A DNA stretch of 64,000 nucleotides from Candidatus Latescibacterota bacterium (GTDB lineage: Bacteria; Latescibacterota; UBA2968; UBA8231). The stretch covers positions 4,800,001-4,864,000 of the forward strand of contig OZ242214.1 of the NCBI GenBank assembly GCA_965206595.1. The letters run 5' to 3'. A program made the translations under genes and the position numbers. The notes under the pieces were generated by a model, which did not search any database, was not told where the DNA came from, and saw only the letters and a list, made by a program, of their open reading frames with translations. Each line of letters opens with the position of its first letter. Position 1 is the first letter of the stretch. Of the stretch, positions 56,775 through 64,000 are shown piece after piece.

Positions 56775-57217
56775 TCTCGGGTATCGATTTCGATCACGTC
56801 AAAGGTTCGGCCGGGGACTATTTTCTGATCGAGACGATGGCTGCCGGCGGCGGCGGCGCCGACTTCGACGGCGACGGCCACCTCGACCTCTACCTGGTGA
56901 ACGGATTCGATCTCGGCGCAATCCACTCCCGACTGACCAGTCGAGAGCAGGGTGGGGGACACCTGGTGGACGCGCGGGCAATGGAAGCGCGCGGGTCAGC
57001 CCCGGCCGACCCCGACAGCTACGCCGTGCAGCTGGCCCCGGCTGCCGGGGTCCAGGGGCTGGAGGAGGAGGCGCCCCGTATCCGCGGCATCCTCAACATG
57101 ATCCGCAGGAAGGAACTCTTCAACGGGTACATCGAAGAGCTGCGGGTACAGTACGCCGGTGAGGTCCGAATCGACGAGGCGGCCCTGTCCCGCATACGCC
57201 TTCCGGAAGAAGGCTGA
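56775..57217 (+). pseudogene. Fused remnants: CRTAC1/ASPIC-UnbV (FG-GAP) N-terminus plus PPIase-like C-terminal helix
   Basis: SGIDFDH...IETMAAGGGGADFDGDGHLDLYLVNG, then in the same frame ELFNGYIEELRVQYAGEVRIDEAAL. Confidence 0.55.
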
Positions 57218-57461
57218 ACACCCTTGCCCATCGATCCCGGTATCGAGCTGAACGGCTGTTGCCGGTTCCCGGCGGCGACCCGGAGCAGTGGGTCCGGGCT
57301 GACCAATAGCCCTGTCCCCAAATTCTCTTGCCATACTTCCGCCGATCCATTCGAGGGAAAAATCGCGGCTCAATGAAATCTTCCTCCGCGCGGTTTTTTC
57401 CCTCAATCCCGCCTCGCGGCCGAATCCCTGCAATCCATCTCCTGGACAGGACGCCAGCGCC

Positions 57462-59396
57462 GTGATCCTCCGATTCCGGGCGTTCCTGATCGGGGCGGCA
57501 TTGTGCGCCACCATCGGCACCAGCGCGATTTACGCCAACACCATAATCCGCGGCAGTTTCGTCGCCTGGTGCTTCAGCAACCCGATCGCCCTCTTCTTCT
57601 TCTTCTATCTCGTCCTGGGCAACGTCCTCGTCGGCCTCGCGGCGCGCCGCTTCGCCCTGCGCCGCGAGGAGCTCGTCCTCATCTTCGCGATGATGTTCGT
57701 GTCGGCCTCGCTGCCGACCTTCGGCCTCGTCGAGCACCTGCTGCCGATGATCACCGGCGTCTTCTACTACGCGACCCCGGAGAACGGCTGGGTCGACCTC
57801 ATCCAGCCGATGGTCCCCGGGTGGATCGCACCCAGCGAGGAGGGGGTGATCCGCGGGTTCTACGAGGGGCTTCCGCAGGGGGAGGGGATCCCCTGGGGCG
57901 GATGGATGGTATCGCTGTCGGCCTGGCTCCTGTTCCTGCTGTCCCTGCACCTGGTCTCCATCTGCCTGATGGTGCTGCTGCGCAAGCAGTGGATCCAGGG
58001 GGAGCGCCTGCTCTACCCGATGATGCAGGCACCCATCGAGCTGGTCGCCTCGGAGCCGGACAGCGGCTCCCTGGCGGCGGTCCCGCCCCTGCTGCGACGG
58101 TCGCTGTTCTGGATCGGCTTCGCCCTGCCGGTATTCATCGGGTCGATCAACGGCCTCAGTCACTACTCCCCCTATTTCAGGGGCCTCGGCCTGAGCACGG
58201 GGTTCTCCGTTCTCGGCGTCAGCGTGCCGGTGCAGGTCTCCTTCTCGCTGCTGGGGTTCTCCTACTTCATCAGCCAGCCGCTCGGACTCGGCATCTGGGT
58301 CTTCTATCTCCTGACGATCATCGAGCGCGGGGCCTTCCACACTCTCGGCATCGCCAGCACCGAGAAGCTCGGGTGGTTCTCCAACCCCGAGGCCCCCTAC
58401 CTGACCCACCAGGCCCTCGGGGCGATGCTGATGTTCGCGCTGTTCACCCTGTGGAAGGCGCGCACCCACCTGCGCCAGGTGGTGCGCAAGGCGTTCACCG
58501 GGGACCCCGGTATCGACGACAGCGAGGAGATCATCTCCTACCGCGGCGCCCTCTTCGGCCTCATCGGCGGCCTCGCGGTGATGACGGTGTGGCTCAACGC
58601 CGCCGGCATCCCCCTGTGGGTCGTTCCCCTCTTTCTCGCCGTCGCCTTTCTCATCTTCATCGCCCTCAGCCGCATCGTCGTCGAGGCCGGTGTGGCCCTG
58701 GTGCGCGCGCCCCTCATCGCCCCGGACTTCATCATGGCCAGCATGGGGGTGTCGCGGCTGGGAGGATCCGGCCTGACCGGGCTGGCCTACTGCTATCCCT
58801 GGACCGCCGACATCGTCACCTTCCCGATGGCTTCGTGCGCCAACAACCTCAAGCTGATCGAGGAGACGGTGGCGGGGCCGCATCGCAGGCCGTTCTTCTG
58901 GGCGATGATGCTGGGGATACTGGTGACCCTGGTCTCCTCGTTCTGGATCGTCATCCACCTGTCGTACTCGTACGGCGGCATCAACCTGCACGACTGGTGG
59001 TGGCGCTACTCCTCGGAGTTCCCTCTCACCTATCTCGCGCAGATGCTGAACAGTCCGGCGACCACCGACTTCTGGGGCTGGATGTTCACCCTCTTCGGCG
59101 CCGGCATGATGTGGCTGATGATGATCTGCCAGCTGCGCTTCGTCTCCTGGCCCCTGCATCCCCTCGGGCTCGCCATGGGAGGCACGGTGTTCACGTCCGG
59201 CGTCATGTGGTTCAACGTGTTTCTCGCCTGGCTGATCAAGGGCTGGGTGCTGAGGTACGGCGGCAGCGCCGCCTACAGGAGCCTGCGCTCGTTCTTCATC
59301 GGCATGATCCTGGGGGCTTTCGTCGTCTCGGGAACCTGGCTCGTCATCGACCACTTCACCGGCATGACCAACAACTCCGTCCTCGGCTGGCAGTGA
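57462..59396 (+). CDS. DUF6785/DUF6784-type polytopic membrane protein (second paralog)
   Basis: RKQWIQGERLLYPMMQAP, WPLHPLG and FFIGMILG motifs; collinear with 45830-47845. Confidence 0.87.
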   Translation: MILRFRAFLIGAALCATIGTSAIYANTIIRGSFVAWCFSNPIALFFFFYLVLGNVLVGLAARRFALRREELVLIFAMMFVSASLPTFGLVEHLLPMITGVFYYATPENGWVDLIQPMVPGWIAPSEEGVIRGFYEGLPQGEGIPWGGWMVSLSAWLLFLLSLHLVSICLMVLLRKQWIQGERLLYPMMQAPIELVASEPDSGSLAAVPPLLRRSLFWIGFALPVFIGSINGLSHYSPYFRGLGLSTGFSVLGVSVPVQVSFSLLGFSYFISQPLGLGIWVFYLLTIIERGAFHTLGIASTEKLGWFSNPEAPYLTHQALGAMLMFALFTLWKARTHLRQVVRKAFTGDPGIDDSEEIISYRGALFGLIGGLAVMTVWLNAAGIPLWVVPLFLAVAFLIFIALSRIVVEAGVALVRAPLIAPDFIMASMGVSRLGGSGLTGLAYCYPWTADIVTFPMASCANNLKLIEETVAGPHRRPFFWAMMLGILVTLVSSFWIVIHLSYSYGGINLHDWWWRYSSEFPLTYLAQMLNSPATTDFWGWMFTLFGAGMMWLMMICQLRFVSWPLHPLGLAMGGTVFTSGVMWFNVFLAWLIKGWVLRYGGSAAYRSLRSFFIGMILGAFVVSGTWLVIDHFTGMTNNSVLGWQ

Positions 59397-59429
59397 CCGG
59401 CGCCTGAGAAGTGCGGTGACGGCACCGGG

Positions 59430-59753
59430 TCAGTACAGTTCCTCGCGCCGCAGGGCGAAGCCGCGTGCCAGGGCGGCGATGAGAAGATTCCCCAGCACGA
59501 GGTAGAAGAACAGGAAGAGCGCCACCGGGTTGCTGAAGCACCAGGCCATGAACGTGCCCTGAACGATGGCGTTTCCGTATATCGTTCCGACCCCGATGAA
59601 CAGACAAAGGGCGGCTCCCAGCAGGAAGACCCGCGCGGAGACCGGTTCGGAGGACGCCGTATCCGGCCCCTTCCGCTCCTGGAAATCCAGGACAGAGGGA
59701 ATGCGCCTGGAAAACGGAAGCGGGCTGTCCGATTGCGGTTTCAAGGTGGACAT
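59430..59753 (-). pseudogene. Truncated third DUF6785-type paralog (N-terminus only)
   Basis: AWCFSNPVALFLFFYLVLGNLLI...FALRREEL is nearly identical to the start of 57462-59396 and is followed by a stop. Confidence 0.8.
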
Positions 59754-60002
59754 GGATGGTGGGGGACGGCCTGATCGCGTGCGTGGATTCCGGTGAAGCG
59801 TCTCGCCCCGCGCATGGATATAAGCCCTGGCAGTGGCATTTGCGAGGATTGTACGCATGTTTCCCCGGCGCCGCCCGAAGCGGATGCAGCGAAGTCACCT
59901 GTCCGGGGGGAGCCGTCCAGCGGCTCTTCGACGCGGACGCCAGGGCAAGGCGGGTGGTCCGGGAGCTGGCCGCCTGCCCCCCGGGAAGCCAGGGGAGCGA
60001 TA

Positions 60003-60815
60003 ATGACCGATTCAGCCATGGAAGCGCACTTTGGCGAGCTCGACGAGCAGGGCTTCACCATCCTCGAGGGGATGCTCGACCAGCGCCGGATCGACGCGGC
60101 CGTCGCGGCGCTGCGCGCGAGCTATGAGGAAGAGCGCTCGGAGGAACACGAGCCGGGCGCCAGGCGCACCCACAACCTGACCGCGCGCGCCGAGGTGTTC
60201 CGGGAGATCATCCAGCTGCCGCGGCTTGTCGCCTGCATGGAGTACCTGCTGGGCCCCGACTACATCCTCTCCGACATGGGGGCGCGCTCGCCGCTGCCGG
60301 GAATGGAAGCCCAGGGCCTGCACCGGGACGGCGGCCCCTTCGTTCCCAACCCTCCCTTCAACGTCCACGCCGCGTTTCCCACCACGGCGCAGTCGTTGAT
60401 CGCGCTGTCGGAGTTCACCCCTGAAAACGGCGCTACGCGGTTCGTGCCCGGCTCCCACAACAGGGATATCGACCCGAAGTCGGTGCCCCCCGAAGAGGAG
60501 CGGATGTTCATCTGCCGGCCGGGAACGATACTGGTCTTCGACGCCCGCCTGCTTCACGGCGGCGGCGCCAACAGGACGGGGGAGGTCCGCTACGCCATCC
60601 AGGGTTTCTGCTGCCGCAGCACGGTGAAGCCCTTCTGCGACCACACGCGCTCGACGCCGCCCGAGATCGCCGCCGCGGCGACGCCGCTGCTGCGCCGGCT
60701 GCTCGGGTTCGAGTGCCAGTCCGCCTGGGAGGAATCGCCGCGCGACTTCAAAATCGTCGAGGCCCCGGGGGCCAGGCCGAGGTTCGAGTACCGGGGCGCC
60801 GCGGCGCCGCGGTAG
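60003..60815 (+). CDS. PhyH family dioxygenase
   Basis: LHRD, FTPENGATRFVPGSH and LHGGGAN motifs. Confidence 0.92.
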   Translation: MTDSAMEAHFGELDEQGFTILEGMLDQRRIDAAVAALRASYEEERSEEHEPGARRTHNLTARAEVFREIIQLPRLVACMEYLLGPDYILSDMGARSPLPGMEAQGLHRDGGPFVPNPPFNVHAAFPTTAQSLIALSEFTPENGATRFVPGSHNRDIDPKSVPPEEERMFICRPGTILVFDARLLHGGGANRTGEVRYAIQGFCCRSTVKPFCDHTRSTPPEIAAAATPLLRRLLGFECQSAWEESPRDFKIVEAPGARPRFEYRGAAAPR

Positions 60816-61033
60816 TGCCTGCGTGCGAGTAAGCGTACGAACGAGGGCGAGGATCAACTGGTCCTTTCGCTGATGCCCCCGGCTCACAGGCGCCCGAGCG
60901 AGTCGAGTTCGACGGATCCTGCATGATGGTCCGTGTCGCCCCGGGCCGCACTCATGCCCAGAGTTTCGGCGCACCGATTGCCGGAAACCCGTTATTTTCC
61001 GTATCCGTCTTCAGCACCGAACGAGGAGGAAAG

Positions 61034-61996
61034 ATGCAACTGAGCACCGGGCAACTCGCCCATTTCGACGAGCACGGGTACCTGATCGCCGAGGACGTCC
61101 TCGAGGACGGCGATCTCGACCCGGTGATCCGCGATTACGCCGATCACATCGATCGCCGCTCCCGCGAGCTGCACGCCGCCGGCAAGCTTTCGAGGACCTT
61201 CGAGGAAGAGCCGTTCGTACGCCGCCTGGCGCGCATCTGCGAGGAGAACACCGAGATCTACGACGACATCGACATCCCGGCTTTCCGCGGCCGCGGGGTA
61301 TTCGAGTTCCTCGGCAACGAGCGCCTGATGGACGTCGTCGAACCGATAGTCGGACCGGAGATCATCTGCAGTCCCATCCAGCATACCCGCGCCAAGCTGC
61401 CGCAGTCCTTCGTGCCGGACACGGACGACGGCGATGCCGAGGCGGAGAAGCGCAAGCAGATGGTGAGCGGAAACGTCGCCCCTTGGCATCAGGACGCCCA
61501 GGTGCACCAGGAAATCGCCGACTCGACCTTCATCCTCACCGTCTGGATCCCCCTGGTGGACGCCACCCCGGAAAACGGCTGTTTGCAGATCGTCCCGGGG
61601 GTCCACAGGGAAAAGACGGTGCTGTGGTGGAAGGGTCCCGGTTGGGGGATCGACGACCAGGACCTCGAGAGCCGCGAAGCCGTCACCCTGCCGATGCGCA
61701 GGGGCAGCGTTCTTCTCCTGCACAAACTGATCCCCCACCGCTCGACGCCGAACCTCACCGACGGCATCCGCTGGAGCATGGACCTGCGCTATCAGAAAAC
61801 CGGCACCCCGACCGGGCGCGAGCTCTACCCCCACTTCGTCACCCGCAGCCGCTCGCGGCCCGATTCGAAGTACACCGACTACGAAGACTGGTGCAGACGC
61901 TGGGTCGAAATCCTCGAGGAGGTGCCGCTCGGCTCCCACCCGATCCGGGAAACGCCGCTGACGGAACATGCCTCCGTGCCGATAGAAACCCGATGA
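61034..61996 (+). CDS. PhyH family dioxygenase
   Basis: PWHQD, WIPLVDATPENGCL and PHRSTPN..RWSMDLRY motifs; GGAGG RBS. Confidence 0.93.
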   Translation: MQLSTGQLAHFDEHGYLIAEDVLEDGDLDPVIRDYADHIDRRSRELHAAGKLSRTFEEEPFVRRLARICEENTEIYDDIDIPAFRGRGVFEFLGNERLMDVVEPIVGPEIICSPIQHTRAKLPQSFVPDTDDGDAEAEKRKQMVSGNVAPWHQDAQVHQEIADSTFILTVWIPLVDATPENGCLQIVPGVHREKTVLWWKGPGWGIDDQDLESREAVTLPMRRGSVLLLHKLIPHRSTPNLTDGIRWSMDLRYQKTGTPTGRELYPHFVTRSRSRPDSKYTDYEDWCRRWVEILEEVPLGSHPIRETPLTEHASVPIETR

Positions 61997-62000
61997 AGAG

Positions 62001-62663
62001 ATGAACGAGAACCTGCGTTTGACCATGCTGTCCGGTTCCTTCGAGTACGACTCGGAGGATTCGCTGACCGTCCTGCGCGACTACCTGCGGCACCACTCCC
62101 CGGGGATCGCCCCGGCCCTGATCGCCTACAGCAGCGAGGACGACGACCCATCGCTGCAGCTGCTCGAGGAGGAGACAGACGTCCTCCTCGTCTTCACCCG
62201 CCGCCTCACCACGACCGGGGCCGAGCTCGAGCGTTTCAGGCAGTACTGCGCCGCCGGCAAGCCCGTCGTCGGAGTGCGCACCGCCAGCCACGCCTACCAG
62301 AACTGGCTGGCGTTCGACCGCGAGGTCCTCGGCGGCAGCTACGACGGCCACTACGGCAGCGGCGTGGCCGCCCGCATCGAGATCGCGGACGAGGCGGCCG
62401 GCCACCCGGTCCTGAAGGGAGTCGAGCCGTTCGAATCCCAGGGAAGCCTGTACCGGAACACGCCGATCGCCGAGGACACGGAGCTACTGCTCAGCGGCCG
62501 CACCCCGGAGCATTTCGAGCCGGTCGCCTGGACGCGAAGGCATCCAGGCGGGCGCCGGGGCCGCATCTTCTACACTTCGCTGGGACACCAGAAGGATTTC
62601 TGGGAGCTCGATTTCCTGCGCCTGATCGACAACGCCGTCAACTGGGTGGGAGGCACGGAATGA
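62001..62663 (+). CDS. ThuA-like domain protein
   Basis: VGVRTASHA, HPVLKG, PVAWT and RIFYTSLGH motifs. Confidence 0.88.
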   Translation: MNENLRLTMLSGSFEYDSEDSLTVLRDYLRHHSPGIAPALIAYSSEDDDPSLQLLEEETDVLLVFTRRLTTTGAELERFRQYCAAGKPVVGVRTASHAYQNWLAFDREVLGGSYDGHYGSGVAARIEIADEAAGHPVLKGVEPFESQGSLYRNTPIAEDTELLLSGRTPEHFEPVAWTRRHPGGRRGRIFYTSLGHQKDFWELDFLRLIDNAVNWVGGTE

Positions 62664-63811
62664 GAATCGCCGAGGTCAGGTGGTTTCCGGTCTGGGCCGG
62701 CGGCCGCAATCAGATGATCGTCAGGATCGAGACCGACACCGGGCTGTTCGGCCTGGGGGAGTCCGGCGTCAGCGGGCGCGAGCTCGCCGTGGCCGGCGCC
62801 ATGCGCCATTTCCGGGAGTTCCTCCTCGGACGCGACCCGAGGCGCATCGGCGCCCTCTGGCAGGAGCTCTACCGCGGCCAGTACTTCGAAGGCGGCCGCA
62901 TCCTGACCGGGGCGATCTCCGCCATCGACATCGCCCTTCACGACGTCGTCGCCCGCAGCCTCGGGATCCCGGTGTACCAGCTGCTCGGAGGAGCCCACCG
63001 CGACCGCATCCCCGGGTTCCCGACCATCGGCCTCGACGGCCCGCAGGCGGTCGCAGGGGCGCGCCAGCTCATCGCCGAGGGCTGGGACGTCATTCGCTTC
63101 GGCCCGGCAGAGGGGAACAGCTCCAACCCGGACGACGAGCAGCTGTACGAGCCGCGGCACTCGATCGCGCTGTCGGCCGAGTGGATCACCGCGGTGCGCG
63201 AGGAGGTCGGGAACGGACCGGTGCTCGGCATCGACTACCACCACCGGCTCAGCGTCGCCGAGACCGCCTCGTTCTGCCAGATGGTTCCACCGGGAACCCT
63301 CGATTTCCTCGAGGAGCCTATTCGCGACGAATCCCCGGAAGCGTACGCCGCCCTGCGCGGGATGACCCCGGTGCCGTTCGCCATCGGCGAGGAGTTTTCG
63401 AGCAAGTGGGCGTTCCTGCCCTACATCGAGCGCGGCCTGACGAACTTCGCCCGCGTCGACGTCTGCAACGTCGGCGGCCTGACCGAGGCGATGAAGGTCG
63501 CCGGCTGGTGCGAAGCTCACTACATCGACATGATGCCGCACAATCCGCTGGGGCCGGTCAGCACCGCCGCCCACATCCACTTCGGGGCCGCGGTGCCGAA
63601 TTTCTCCTGGCTCGAGGTGCGGGAGCGGGAGTTCCTCTTCGAGGAAGACTTGTTCCCGCAGCAGCACCGCCTCGAAGGCACCTCCTTCCCGCTGCCCGAG
63701 GGACCGGGCCTCGGGGTGGAGTTCAACGAGAAGCTCGCCTCCGAACAGGAGTGGAAGTTCTGGGAGGCGCCGCACCTGCACCGGCGCGACGGGTCCTATA
63801 CCAACTGGTAG
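62660..63811 (+). CDS. Mandelate racemase/galactonate dehydratase-like enolase superfamily enzyme
   Basis: GLGES, ISAIDIALHD, DYHHR, FLEEP, IGEE, PHNPLGP and PGLGVE motifs. Confidence 0.93.
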   Translation: MRIAEVRWFPVWAGGRNQMIVRIETDTGLFGLGESGVSGRELAVAGAMRHFREFLLGRDPRRIGALWQELYRGQYFEGGRILTGAISAIDIALHDVVARSLGIPVYQLLGGAHRDRIPGFPTIGLDGPQAVAGARQLIAEGWDVIRFGPAEGNSSNPDDEQLYEPRHSIALSAEWITAVREEVGNGPVLGIDYHHRLSVAETASFCQMVPPGTLDFLEEPIRDESPEAYAALRGMTPVPFAIGEEFSSKWAFLPYIERGLTNFARVDVCNVGGLTEAMKVAGWCEAHYIDMMPHNPLGPVSTAAHIHFGAAVPNFSWLEVREREFLFEEDLFPQQHRLEGTSFPLPEGPGLGVEFNEKLASEQEWKFWEAPHLHRRDGSYTNW

Positions 63812-63844
63812 CCAAAACGCGGCGGAAGCGAACGGCCGCACAGA

Positions 63845-64000
63845 CTACTGCAGGACGGCCCGGTAGATCGCCTCGGCGTCCCTCTCTGTGACCTCGACCG
63901 GATTGGGGTCGAGCAGGCGGCGCACCGCCATGCCGACCTCCACCATCCGCGGCAGATCCTCTTCGCCCAGCCCCGCCGCGGCCAGCGACCCGTACGGGGT
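63845..64000 (-). CDS. C-terminus of a probable iron-containing alcohol dehydrogenase (partial)
   Basis: Manual translation gives SLAAAGLGEEDLPRMVEVGMAVRRLLDPNPVEVTERDAEAIYRAVLQ-stop. Confidence 0.65.
   Translation of the reverse strand, partial: TPYGSLAAAGLGEEDLPRMVEVGMAVRRLLDPNPVEVTERDAEAIYRAVLQ

Noticed and set aside
1-64000. CRISPR array or rRNA
   Set aside because: No regularly spaced repeats or rRNA-like segments were seen; nearly all the sequence is accounted for by protein genes or their remnants.

Overview
High-GC bacterial chromosomal window. The gene content (five phytanoyl-CoA dioxygenase-family genes, DUF6785-type membrane proteins, Kelch/TPR/PD40 proteins) resembles uncultured marine or sponge-associated lineages; this is an inference. 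Left: partial Fic gene, metabolic genes and an NHEJ operon (ligD-ku-TPR). Centre (8.2-31.7 kb): a complete class I DISARM system (drmD-drmMI...drmA-drmB-drmC). Its drmMI-drmA junction holds about 10 kb of co-oriented, mostly lower-GC cargo: GNAT-PIN-PUA/EVE plus ASCH, a small ART-like protein plus a DUF6575-like protein, a darT scar plus truncated darG, a membrane protein plus a TIR gene split by an AAA-nuclease insertion, and an ABC-ATPase plus DUF4276 pair. A 45-nt near-copy of the drmA start lies exactly at one cargo junction, suggesting repeated cassette turnover at this site. Right (32-64 kb): catabolic genes, including two Fe/2OG enzymes with HxG in place of HxD, and several deletion-collapsed gene remnants. 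No rRNA, complete tRNA, CRISPR array, integrase or transposase was recognised. All family assignments come from motif recognition by eye, not from database searches.
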